Shown here one piece after another: positions 19,190 through 27,951 of a DNA stretch of 64,000 nucleotides. The stretch covers positions 56,565 to 120,564 of the forward strand of contig SYCV01000057.1 of assembly GCA_005786805.1 (NCBI GenBank), given 5' to 3'. A model generated the notes under the pieces. The model saw nothing but the letters and a program-made list of their open reading frames with translations, did no database searches and was not told the origin of the DNA. The DNA is from Planctomycetia bacterium (GTDB lineage Bacteria; Planctomycetota; Planctomycetia; Gemmatales; Gemmataceae). Made by a program: the position numbers and the translations under genes. Positions within the stretch are counted from its first letter, which is position 1, and every line of letters starts with the position of its first letter.

Positions 19190-19705
19190 GTGAATACTAC
19201 CATGGAAAATAATAAACGAAAACGAGACCAAGTACTCAAGGGAAAGTCCGGCGGTATGCTGTTGGTTCTTACCCAGGATGTTCTCCATGTAGGTAAACAG
19301 GGAGAAGTAGTTGAAGTTCGCCATGGGTATGGTAGGAATTATCTGCTTCCAAGAGGCCTCGCAACTGCGCCTTCCCAACATAACTTGCGTCTCCTTGACC
19401 GGTTCAAAGTCAAGTTACAGCAGGCAAGGGAAGCCCGTCAGGCCGACCTCAAGGCCATGGCTGAGCAGATCGCCCGTTTGGGTGGTGTGAACATTGAATC
19501 AAGAGTGAATGAAGAAGGTCATCTTTATGGCTCCGTTGGTGCTGCTGAGATCATGAAAGCACTCAAGGCCAAGAACCTTATGGTTGAGGAAGAAATGATC
19601 CGCCTTGAGGGGGTCATCAAGGAAACCGGCATTTATGCTGTTAAATTGAATCTTGGTTATGAAATTGAAGCAGATCTTACTGTTGCAGTAATCCCCGGAA
19701 AGTAA
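19190..19705 (+). CDS. rplI: 50S ribosomal protein L9 (start uncertain: GTG 19190, ATG 19202 or ATG 19256)
   Basis: MLLVLTQDVLHVGKQGEVVEVRHGYGRNYLLPRGLA is the canonical L9 N-domain. The longer forms add a basic extension, NKRKRDQVLKGKSGG. Confidence 0.88.
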   Translation: MNTTMENNKRKRDQVLKGKSGGMLLVLTQDVLHVGKQGEVVEVRHGYGRNYLLPRGLATAPSQHNLRLLDRFKVKLQQAREARQADLKAMAEQIARLGGVNIESRVNEEGHLYGSVGAAEIMKALKAKNLMVEEEMIRLEGVIKETGIYAVKLNLGYEIEADLTVAVIPGK

Positions 19706-19711
19706 TCTAGG

Positions 19712-19735
19712 CCAGGCCTTATTGCCTGGGTTTTA
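19712..19735 (+). terminator. weak intrinsic terminator/attenuator between rplI and dnaB
   Basis: CCAGGC-cttatt-GCCTGG (19712-19729) followed by GTTTTAATCTT. Confidence 0.4.
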
Positions 19736-19770
19736 ATCTTCCCGGGAATTTATTTACCGGGAGGATTCCG

Positions 19771-21132
19771 ATGTCTAGTGCAAGCTACGATAATTCAGGT
19801 TCGGGGCGGGTCTTGCCCCAGAGTCTTGATTCTGAGCGGTCCGTTCTAGGTAGCATGTTCAGAAGCAATGATGTCATTGGTGATGTGGTTCAAATCCTTA
19901 ATGTTGATAACTTTTACTCCGATGCCCACCAAAAAATTTACAAGGCCATGCTCACTCTTTACGAGGCTGGCAAACCCGTTGATTTGGTGGTTTTGTCGGA
20001 AGCATTGAAACAAGCCAATCAAATAGATGATGTTGGGGGTTATGGTGCACTCGCTGAGCTTTGGGATGCAGCGCCCACTGCCGCCAATGCTGTTCACTAT
20101 GCCCATATCGTTCGTGACCGTTCTATCGTGCGTTCCTTGATAAATGTTGGTAATGAAATTTTAAGGGATGCTTATGACCAGGTCAGTCCGGCGGATGAAC
20201 TTCTGCATCAAGCCACGGGAAAGATGTTGGATGTGGCGGAGCGGGGTGTCACAGGTCGGGTATACGGAATGGATAAAATACTTGAGGAGACTTTTGATCG
20301 TATAGATCATCGTCAAACCCGTGGCGGGTCTTCAATCAGTGGAATAAGCACAGGTTATCCGGATCTTGATGAGATTACCGCAGGTTTTCAAAACAGTGAG
20401 ATGATAATCATCGCTGCCCGCCCCTCCGTGGGAAAAACAGCGTTTGCTTTGAATTTGATCCGTAATATCGCGGTTGATGAAAAAATGAGTGTGCTGTTTT
20501 GTTCTCTTGAGCAATCACGCGTTGAGATCGTCGAAAGGCTTTTGTGTTCCCATGCCAGGGTCGACGCCCAAAAGTTACGCAAAGGAATGATGAATGCTGA
20601 GGATATGGAAAGATTGATTGCAGCGAGTGGTGTCATGAGAAATACAAAGATTTTCATTGATGACTCTCCAGGTCAGGGAATGTTGAGAATAGCCGCAAAT
20701 GCCAGGCGTTTGAAATTAAGGAATGATCTAAGGATGGTGGTGATTGATTATCTTCAGTTAATCGAGCCTGAAAATCGCAGGGATCCGAGGCAGGAGCAGG
20801 TTGCCCAGATTAGCCGTCGATTAAAGGGCCTGGCTAGGGAACTTTCCATTCCTGTTATTGCATTGGCACAGGTGAATCGTTCATCCGAGGACAGGCAGGA
20901 TCATAAACCTAGGCTTTCTGATCTCAGGGAGTCAGGCAGTATTGAACAGGATGCGGATACGGTTATGCTTTTGCACAGGCCTGAAAGATTTGAACCGGGC
21001 CAGCATGAGGGGCTTACCGAGGTTATCATTGGAAAGCAACGCAATGGGCCAGTGGGTGAGATCACCCTGACTTTCAACAAGCACCTTATGCGTTTTGAAA
21101 GCTTTGCAATCGGTGTGCCTTTTGACAATTAG
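19771..21132 (+). CDS. dnaB: replicative DNA helicase DnaB
   Basis: PQSLDSERSVLGSM N-domain, Walker A AARPSVGKTAFALN, VIDYLQL, SRRLKGLARELSIPVIALAQVNR, IGKQRNGP. At 453 aa there is no room for an intein. Confidence 0.95.
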   Translation: MSSASYDNSGSGRVLPQSLDSERSVLGSMFRSNDVIGDVVQILNVDNFYSDAHQKIYKAMLTLYEAGKPVDLVVLSEALKQANQIDDVGGYGALAELWDAAPTAANAVHYAHIVRDRSIVRSLINVGNEILRDAYDQVSPADELLHQATGKMLDVAERGVTGRVYGMDKILEETFDRIDHRQTRGGSSISGISTGYPDLDEITAGFQNSEMIIIAARPSVGKTAFALNLIRNIAVDEKMSVLFCSLEQSRVEIVERLLCSHARVDAQKLRKGMMNAEDMERLIAASGVMRNTKIFIDDSPGQGMLRIAANARRLKLRNDLRMVVIDYLQLIEPENRRDPRQEQVAQISRRLKGLARELSIPVIALAQVNRSSEDRQDHKPRLSDLRESGSIEQDADTVMLLHRPERFEPGQHEGLTEVIIGKQRNGPVGEITLTFNKHLMRFESFAIGVPFDN

Positions 21133-21150
21133 AATTAATGGAGTTCCTGG

Positions 21151-21627
21151 ATGATCCGGGTTGGAATCGGCCATGACACGCACAGGTTGGAAGCGGGAAG
21201 AAAACTGATCCTTGGTGGGATAATGGTTGATCATCCCCGGGGATTATCCGGGCATAGTGATGCGGATATAGTTTTGCATGCATTGACTGATGCTATACTT
21301 GGGGCTGCTGGCCTGGGCGACATAGGGGATGCATTCCCGGACACGGATCCTGCCAATAAGAATCTTGATTCCGCTGTCTTTCTGAGGCATTCATTGGGCC
21401 AAATTGCAACTCTGGGCTGGCATCTTATCAATGTAGATGTCATTATTTTTGCTCAGGAGCCAAAGTTGGGTGCGATAAAATCCCGCATAAAGGATAATCT
21501 GGCTTGTTTATTGGGGATTGATGTTTCGAATGTGAATGTCAAAGCCAAGACTGGTGAAAAAGTTGGTTTTATCGGAAGAGCAGAGGCGATGAGTTGCCAG
21601 GTGGTGGTTCTTTTGGGTCGTTCCTAG
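21151..21627 (+). CDS. ispF: 2-C-methyl-D-erythritol 2,4-cyclodiphosphate synthase
   Basis: RVGIGHDTHRL, GLSGHSDADIVLHALTDAILGA, GDIGDAFPDTDP. Confidence 0.95.
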   Translation: MIRVGIGHDTHRLEAGRKLILGGIMVDHPRGLSGHSDADIVLHALTDAILGAAGLGDIGDAFPDTDPANKNLDSAVFLRHSLGQIATLGWHLINVDVIIFAQEPKLGAIKSRIKDNLACLLGIDVSNVNVKAKTGEKVGFIGRAEAMSCQVVVLLGRS

Positions 21628-21659
21628 TTTGGAACGGTTTGATAAGTAAAGGATTGCAG

Positions 21660-23141
21660 ATGCAGATCAAAGTATACAGCACGCTTACGAGGCAAAAAGA
21701 GGATTTTCAAACCTTTCAGCCGGGCAAGGTTGGAATGTATGTTTGTGGCCCGACTGTTTACAAGCCGAGCCATGTTGGGCACATGGTTGGCCCGGTGATA
21801 TTTGACACGATCAAGCGATTTTTATCCTACCTTGATTACCAGGTTAACTTCGTGGTTAACATCACTGATGTTGATGACAAATTGATAGTCGAGTCAAAAA
21901 AACAAAACACCACGGTGACCGAGCTTGCTGAGAGGGTCACAGCGGATTACCTTTCCAATCTAAAGAAGTTGCAAGTCACAGGTATAGATCATTTTCCAAG
22001 GGCAACTCATTACATTGGCGAGATCCTTTCAATGATCAACGGGCTGATTGAAAAAGGTTTTGCTTACGCATCCAATGGAGATGTTTATTTTGATGTTTCC
22101 AAGGATGATGATTATGGAAAGCTTTGCAATCGTGATCCTGAACAGCTCGAGGCTGGGGCCCGTATTGAAGTCAACGATCGTAAAAGGAATGCGGGGGATT
22201 TCGCCCTTTGGAAAGGGGCCAAACCGGGTGAACCCATGTGGGATAGTCCATGGGGGCCTGGAAGGCCGGGTTGGCATATTGAATGTTCCGCGATGAGCAT
22301 GAAGTTGTTGGGTGAATCCTTTGACATGCATGGCGGAGGATTGGACCTTCAATTTCCCCACCATGAAAATGAACTCGCGCAATCAGAGTCATACTCTGGA
22401 AAAACATTCGCCCGCTACTGGCTTCATAATGGATTGATGAAGACGGGTGACAAGAAAATGTCCAAGAGCGAGGGGAATGAAATCGTTGTCACCGAATTGT
22501 TGAAAAAGCACCAACCCGAGACCCTGAGGTATTTGCTTTTATCATCACATTATCGAAGCCCGATCGAATACAGCGAAGATCGCTTGTTGGAATTGCGCAG
22601 GACATTGGATTCGTTTTACAGGTTTTTTGACAGGGTAAAAAGGATTTGTGGCAAGTCCTTCTATGATGTCAGCACTCCTTTGAAGTTCGTTCCCGCACCC
22701 AAGGGACATTCGGCTTTTATGGGTGAAATCTACAAGCTTAGAGATGCATTCCTCGATGCTTTTGCCGATGATTTCAACTCGGGTGGGGCCCTTGGAACTT
22801 TGCATGAATTCCTTACCACTTTGAACCGGTTTGCTGACCAGGCCAAGCTTGAAACTGCGGAGGGTAATCCCGGGGCCAAGGGCGAATTCCTTTCAGCCGT
22901 CACTGTTTTGAGGGAAATAACCCAGATTCTTGGGTTGTTCATCGAACCCCAGGAATCAGCAGGTCCGCAAGGCAATAATCAATTGATGGATGGTGTGATG
23001 AGGCTTCTCATTGATATTCGCGCGGACGCAAGGAAGTCAAAGAATTTTCCACTGGCTGATCTTGTGCGCAAAAGACTTGCGGAATTGAACATTACTTTGG
23101 AAGACAGGCCAGATGAAACCGGCTGGCGAGTTGGCCCTTGA
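21660..23141 (+). CDS. cysS: cysteine--tRNA ligase
   Basis: MYVCGPTVYKPSHVGH (HIGH-type), GWHIECS, HGGGLDLQFPHHENE, KMSKSEGN (KMSKS). I placed the start at the internal ATG MQIKVYS, because the longer ORF overlaps ispF. Confidence 0.95.
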   Translation: MQIKVYSTLTRQKEDFQTFQPGKVGMYVCGPTVYKPSHVGHMVGPVIFDTIKRFLSYLDYQVNFVVNITDVDDKLIVESKKQNTTVTELAERVTADYLSNLKKLQVTGIDHFPRATHYIGEILSMINGLIEKGFAYASNGDVYFDVSKDDDYGKLCNRDPEQLEAGARIEVNDRKRNAGDFALWKGAKPGEPMWDSPWGPGRPGWHIECSAMSMKLLGESFDMHGGGLDLQFPHHENELAQSESYSGKTFARYWLHNGLMKTGDKKMSKSEGNEIVVTELLKKHQPETLRYLLLSSHYRSPIEYSEDRLLELRRTLDSFYRFFDRVKRICGKSFYDVSTPLKFVPAPKGHSAFMGEIYKLRDAFLDAFADDFNSGGALGTLHEFLTTLNRFADQAKLETAEGNPGAKGEFLSAVTVLREITQILGLFIEPQESAGPQGNNQLMDGVMRLLIDIRADARKSKNFPLADLVRKRLAELNITLEDRPDETGWRVGP

Positions 23142-23173
23142 TCTTTCCCCGACTTGCTTTTTTGGATGGACCC

Positions 23174-23722
23174 ATGGCGATTCCAAACACAAACATCAGG
23201 AAACTCCAGCATGAGAACTTTAAAAGAGTTCTTGGCATCGACCCTGGGTTGCAGGTTACCGGGTATTCTGTTTTGGAAAAAGCAGGGCAGGGGGCCAAGT
23301 TGATTGAAGCTGGGATTATCTCTACCAAGGACCTCGGAACCAAGTTGCTTCAGCTTCGTATTTCCTCGCTTTACGATAGCTTGAAAGAGATTATTGAACA
23401 GTATAAGCCCCAATCCATGGCTGTTGAGCAATTGTTTTCACATTATAAACATCCACGCACGGCGATTTTAATGGCGCATGCCCGTGGCGTAATCCTCCTT
23501 GCCGCGGCACAATTTGGTATTTCTGTAACTAGTTATAATCCCACCCGCGTGAAAAAATTGCTGACTGGCAGTGGTAGAGCGGGCAAGATACAGGTTCAGT
23601 GGGCCATTCAAAGAGAATTGGGGCTGGCTGCCTTACCCGAACCTGCCGATGTCGCTGATGCGATGGCGATTGGTCTCACACATATTCATGCTATTTCCCT
23701 TGAGAAGCCGGAGTTTTTATGA
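23174..23722 (+). CDS. ruvC: crossover junction endodeoxyribonuclease RuvC
   Basis: VLGIDPGLQVTGYSVLE, AVEQLFS, TSYNPTRVKK..TGSGRA.K.QV, ADVADAMAIGLTH. Its stop overlaps the ruvA start (ATGA). Confidence 0.9.
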   Translation: MAIPNTNIRKLQHENFKRVLGIDPGLQVTGYSVLEKAGQGAKLIEAGIISTKDLGTKLLQLRISSLYDSLKEIIEQYKPQSMAVEQLFSHYKHPRTAILMAHARGVILLAAAQFGISVTSYNPTRVKKLLTGSGRAGKIQVQWAIQRELGLAALPEPADVADAMAIGLTHIHAISLEKPEFL

Positions 23723-24348
23723 TCAGCAAGATAACCGGCATTTTAGTCAAGGCTGAAGATGAGGACGCACGGCTTCAAGTCGGACCTATCGAATACCAGG
23801 TGCTTGTGACTGAATTGGTCCGAAGACAAATTCAGGATCGTATCGGGCAGGAAATCTCGTTCCATACCCTTCATTTTTTCGAGGGTAATCCTGTTCAGCA
23901 AGGCCGTATGATTCCTAGATTATTGGGCTTTCTGCATGAATCAGACATGAGTTTTTTTGAACTAATCTGTACCGTGGATGGCATAGGCATGCGCAAGGCA
24001 ATTCGGGTTATCGCCATGCCTGTTAATCAGATTGCGGATGCCATTCAGAGGTCGGACACCAAATGGCTCACCACTTTGCCGGGGATTGGTGCTGCAATGG
24101 CTGAGAAAATTGTCGCGGGATTAAGGAAAAAAGTCGCGGCTTTCGCTTTGGCACCATCCGGGGTGAAAACAATTCCAGGGGGGCTTGAAACTGGAAGTGA
24201 CAAGATTTTCGCGGATGTTTTTAACGCGCTCATGGCACTGGGACTTGGGCCTTCAGATGCACGGTTGCGTATTGATAAATTGATCGCATCCGGAAAGGTA
24301 CCCGCCTCGGTTGAGGAGGCTATCAGTGCTGTTTTCAAAGGTTCCTGA
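23719..24348 (+). CDS. ruvA: Holliday junction branch migration complex subunit RuvA
   Basis: MISKITGILV, FFELICTVDGIGMRKA, LTTLPGIGAAMAEKI (HhH motifs), LGLGPSDA. Confidence 0.9.
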   Translation: MISKITGILVKAEDEDARLQVGPIEYQVLVTELVRRQIQDRIGQEISFHTLHFFEGNPVQQGRMIPRLLGFLHESDMSFFELICTVDGIGMRKAIRVIAMPVNQIADAIQRSDTKWLTTLPGIGAAMAEKIVAGLRKKVAAFALAPSGVKTIPGGLETGSDKIFADVFNALMALGLGPSDARLRIDKLIASGKVPASVEEAISAVFKGS

Positions 24349-24370
24349 CCAACAATTGAAAGATTAAACC

Positions 24371-25417
24371 ATGGCCCGGCAACCAATCCTGCAACCTGAT
24401 GCCTCAAGTGATTTCAAAGATCATGACTCGGCTTTAAGGCCCCGTTGGCTAAGAGAGGTGATTGGCCAGAAAGCGGTTGTCCAAAGATTACAGATAGTGC
24501 TAAATGCCTGTAAGAAATTGAAGGAACCCCTTTCGCACATGCTATTTGATGGGCCCCCAGGCTTGGGTAAAACCACATTTGCCACAGTTCTTCCAAATGA
24601 AATGGGCACAGCCTTGCAGATGACATCCGGGCCGGCATTAACCAAGCCTGCTGATCTTCTTCCTTTCCTGACCAATTTGGAGGAGGGGTCAATTTTATTC
24701 ATAGATGAAATCCATCGTCTTCCCAGAACTGTGGAGGAGTTTATTTACCCGGCTATGGAGGATTTCAGGGTTGATATCGTTCTAGGTGAGGGCATGAATG
24801 CCAGGACCATAAGTTTGAAGTTGAAGCGATTCACATTGGTTGGAGCAACCACCCGGAGTGGCATGCTTTCAAGTCCATTGCGAGATCGTTTCAAGATGCA
24901 TGAACACCTCGAATTTTATTCGCCGGAGGAACTTGCGGAAATTTTAATTATCAATGCGAGGAAACTAAATACTCCAATCTCTGAAGAGGCAGCCAAAGAA
25001 ATAGCAATTAGAAGCCGTGGAACTCCGAGGATCGCAAATTCCAGATTGTGGTGGACCAGGCATTTTGCGGCAAGTGAAGGAGATGGAAGTATAAATCTCA
25101 AAATTGCCAAAACAGCTTTGGAAATGGCTGAAGTTGATCGTGCGGGGTTGGATAAGCAGGATAGGAGGTATTTGGAAACGCTTATAGGCGTTTTTGCTGG
25201 AGGACCAGTTGGTATCGAAGCCTTGGGCGCCACCATGAATCTCCCAATCGATACTTTAAGTGATGAAATTGAGCCCTATCTGCTTCGGGAACAATTTACA
25301 ATTCGCACGCCAAGAGGGCGCATCGCAACCGGAAAAGCTTATGAATTGCTCGGTAAAGAAATTCCTGTGAAAGACTCTTCTACCGATGATGAAGCATCTC
25401 AGCCAACTTTATTTTGA
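24371..25417 (+). CDS. ruvB: Holliday junction DNA helicase RuvB
   Basis: LRPRWLREVIGQ, Walker A GPPGLGKTT, ILFIDEIHRL, LVGATTRSG.L..PLRDRF, RGTPRIANSRL. Confidence 0.96.
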   Translation: MARQPILQPDASSDFKDHDSALRPRWLREVIGQKAVVQRLQIVLNACKKLKEPLSHMLFDGPPGLGKTTFATVLPNEMGTALQMTSGPALTKPADLLPFLTNLEEGSILFIDEIHRLPRTVEEFIYPAMEDFRVDIVLGEGMNARTISLKLKRFTLVGATTRSGMLSSPLRDRFKMHEHLEFYSPEELAEILIINARKLNTPISEEAAKEIAIRSRGTPRIANSRLWWTRHFAASEGDGSINLKIAKTALEMAEVDRAGLDKQDRRYLETLIGVFAGGPVGIEALGATMNLPIDTLSDEIEPYLLREQFTIRTPRGRIATGKAYELLGKEIPVKDSSTDDEASQPTLF

Positions 25418-25629
25418 CCCTAGTGTACATATGATCAAACGGTTGTGCATTTAAAAGGGATTTTACTAGTCATTTCATTTATTCACTATAAAATTTGCGT
25501 ATCCTGTTGAGCTAATTGATTTAATGTAAAGATTATTTGTTTCCATATTCTTTCTTTGCTACAATTGGCCCTTCAAGAGCAGTCTTTCGGAGATGGTTCC
25601 GGACTGATTCAAATTGTTTAAGTTGAGAG

Positions 25630-26199
25630 ATGTGGATGGCGAGAACGCTAACCCTTATGTTTCGTAGAGACCCTTCCAAAGACAGACTGGAAGAGAAGAT
25701 TCCTTTTGAAGGTTATAAGATTCTTTGGCCTGATGGCACTCCTGCGGAACTTGCTATTGACGCGCTTTGTAAGCATGGCCAACGCCTCCTGGGCTTGGGC
25801 AAATACCTTCAAGGCTGTACCGAAAAAATGATAGACATGAAGTTTTATCCATTGAGTGGAAAGGATGCACCTCTTACAAGGTTACCCGGTCACAGGGTTC
25901 GTAGATTTTACCTTCATAAGCAAAACAATGATGGTAGGGTTCATTTTTTTGATGGTACCCCAACCTCTGTAGTCACCCAAATCGGTCGTGATGAAATTGA
26001 GGTCGTTGAATGGTTGGGACTCGATACCATGAAAGAAAATGAAATTCAATGGTTTGATCTCGCAGCAACCCCTTCTGAAGCTGATTTTAGAAACAATGAT
26101 GTGTCGGCAAGTGAGGTTGTGCCAATGGATGAGGTCCAATCTTATCCAAAAGCCACATGGGACAAAACCCTTGCAGAATCTTCCTGGAATAGGCGCTAA
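25630..26199 (+). CDS. hypothetical protein (189 aa)
   Basis: Clean ORF with an ATG start and no competing frame. No recognisable motif. Confidence 0.5.
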   Translation: MWMARTLTLMFRRDPSKDRLEEKIPFEGYKILWPDGTPAELAIDALCKHGQRLLGLGKYLQGCTEKMIDMKFYPLSGKDAPLTRLPGHRVRRFYLHKQNNDGRVHFFDGTPTSVVTQIGRDEIEVVEWLGLDTMKENEIQWFDLAATPSEADFRNNDVSASEVVPMDEVQSYPKATWDKTLAESSWNRR

Positions 26200-26201
26200 A
26201 T

Positions 26202-27194
26202 TTAGCCACCTATCGCGTGCATGGTTCTGTTGGGTTTTATAAAGTCGTTTGTGTTAAATTGATGTCCCGGCCATTTGCTTGAGATATTATAATCGAGTGC
26301 TTTTAAGATACCTTCTGCATTCAAATTTGGTCTTAAAAATGGTTTGATATCTGTCTCTTCGAGGGCAAAAAGGCAGTTGCGCAGCTTGCCTTCAGCTGTA
26401 ATTCGAATCCGATTGCAACTCTTGCAAAATGGTTTTGATACGGAAGCTATGATTCCAACTTTTCCTTTGCCATCCTCGTAAATAAATTCCATTGCTGGAG
26501 CCATTGGGTCATAGTTTCCAGCCGGTATTAGTGGTGATATTGCACTGTCTATTTTTTCAAGGATTTCATGGGCTAGAAGCACCTTGGCTTTTTCCCAGGG
26601 GTTTGCCCCAATGGGCATGTATTCGATGAATCGGATTTCAATTTGTTTTTCTCGCGCGAACTTTGCCAGGTTTTCAACTTCGTCATCGTTGATCCCTTTT
26701 ATGCATACGGAGTTTAACTTGATATTTTGAAAACCCAGATTAATTGCAGCATCAATCCCTTCAAGCGTTTGCTCCAGACCGTCCCGTTTGCAAAGGTCTT
26801 GGAATCGATCGGGTATCAGTGTGTCAAGACTTATGGTAATTCGTTTCAAGCCGGCTTCCTTGAGTGCTTTGGCCTGATTCGTTAATAACATTCCATTGGT
26901 GGTAAGGCTAATGTCTTGGATTTGTTCAATTTTGGATAAATATTCGACCAGCTTGTGAAGGTCCCTGCGCAAAAGGGGTTCTCCGCCTGTCAATCGAACC
27001 TTGTTTATCCCCCGGGTAACCGCGATGTTTACGAATGCATTTATTTCCTCAAATGAAAGCAGTTCCTTGCTATCCAAAAATTGTACATTCTCAGGCATGC
27101 AATAAACACAGCGCAGATTGCAACGATCAGTTACACTTATCCGAAGATTATTGTGTACACGCCCAAAATTATCGATGAGTTTGCTAGATCCCAT
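26202..27194 (-). CDS. moaA: GTP 3',8-cyclase (molybdenum cofactor biosynthesis, radical SAM)
   Basis: LRISVTDRCNLRCVYCMP radical-SAM cluster, VRLTGGEPLLR, SLDTL, a C-terminal CKSCNRIR.T..G cluster, and a terminal GG. Confidence 0.95.
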   Translation of the reverse strand: MGSSKLIDNFGRVHNNLRISVTDRCNLRCVYCMPENVQFLDSKELLSFEEINAFVNIAVTRGINKVRLTGGEPLLRRDLHKLVEYLSKIEQIQDISLTTNGMLLTNQAKALKEAGLKRITISLDTLIPDRFQDLCKRDGLEQTLEGIDAAINLGFQNIKLNSVCIKGINDDEVENLAKFAREKQIEIRFIEYMPIGANPWEKAKVLLAHEILEKIDSAISPLIPAGNYDPMAPAMEFIYEDGKGKVGIIASVSKPFCKSCNRIRITAEGKLRNCLFALEETDIKPFLRPNLNAEGILKALDYNISSKWPGHQFNTNDFIKPNRTMHAIGG

Positions 27195-27276
27195 AATGCT
27201 GTTAGTTCAATCACTTTCAATTTGGATTTTTAAGGTTCACAGGATTTAAATCATACACTAAGCAGCCCGAAAAATC

Positions 27277-27687
27277 TCATGGATGAATCCAATTGGAGAC
27301 CCCATGGGGGCTGGTTTCCTTTTTCCAGATCGGGACCACTTTTTTAATCTTATCCATTATTTGTTGACAGGCCGAGAATGCATCAGCACGGTGGGGGCAA
27401 CTTAAGCATATTGCAATACTGGTCTCACCCGGTTGGATTGTTCCAAGACGGTGGATGATCTCAATTTCCCTGATGGGCCAGCTTGATTTCGCTTCCTCTG
27501 CTATTTCTGTCAATGATTTTTCAGCAAGGGGTGCAAAAGCATCGTATTCAAGTGATAAAGTCTGGTTATTGCCGGTTATTTCACGGACTGTCCCCAAAAA
27601 AAGAACTATGGCACCTGTTGATTTGGTGCGACAATTTTCAACCATTTCCTGGTGATCAATCGGATCCCTGGTTAATTTTATGCGCAT
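27277..27687 (-). CDS. moaE: molybdopterin synthase catalytic subunit
   Basis: GAIVLFLGTVRE, LEYDAF.PLAEK, HRLG...PGE.S, PIWKKE. Confidence 0.88.
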   Translation of the reverse strand: MRIKLTRDPIDHQEMVENCRTKSTGAIVLFLGTVREITGNNQTLSLEYDAFAPLAEKSLTEIAEEAKSSWPIREIEIIHRLGTIQPGETSIAICLSCPHRADAFSACQQIMDKIKKVVPIWKKETSPHGVSNWIHP

Positions 27688-27702
27688 GATAATTGATCCT
27701 GT

Positions 27703-27951
27703 TCATCCACCACTGACCGGGGGTAAAAATGCCACCTCATCGTTTTCAAAAAGAACCTTGTCGGGTAGTGCAAAAGATTCGTTCACCGCGAATGCCGCCC
27801 TCGATGCAAGATTTTCCAACCGGGGGAATCGAGCCAATAGTATTTCCCTGAGTTGGCCGATTGAGGATGCTTTGGGGATTTCGATTTCGAGGCGTGAGTG
27901 CCCAACTATGTCCCTTGCACCGGCAAAAAATAAGACGAAAATCTTGATCAT
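27703..27951 (-). CDS. moaD: molybdopterin synthase sulfur-carrier subunit (ubiquitin-like, C-terminal GG)
   Basis: 82 aa. MIKIFVLFFAGARD start, and it ends ...VAFLPPVSGG. Confidence 0.88.
   Translation of the reverse strand: MIKIFVLFFAGARDIVGHSRLEIEIPKASSIGQLREILLARFPRLENLASRAAFAVNESFALPDKVLFENDEVAFLPPVSGG

Noticed and set aside
18969-19193. 74-aa ORF overlapping the ssb 3' end as a possible hidden rpsR
   Set aside because: The translation has none of the S18 hallmarks (no basic RRK.C.F-type N-terminus, no ...QR.L..AIKRAR... segment). It is an alternative frame of the ssb tail.
21594-21659. Upstream extensions of several track ORFs (cysS 21594, PKD protein 9764, zwf 40190, HK 41880, DedA 38650, HIT 32788, TIM barrel 58959)
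   Set aside because: The extensions overlap the neighbouring gene or begin at TTG/GTG codons. Internal ATG codons give N-termini that match family consensus or signal peptides, so I used the shorter forms.
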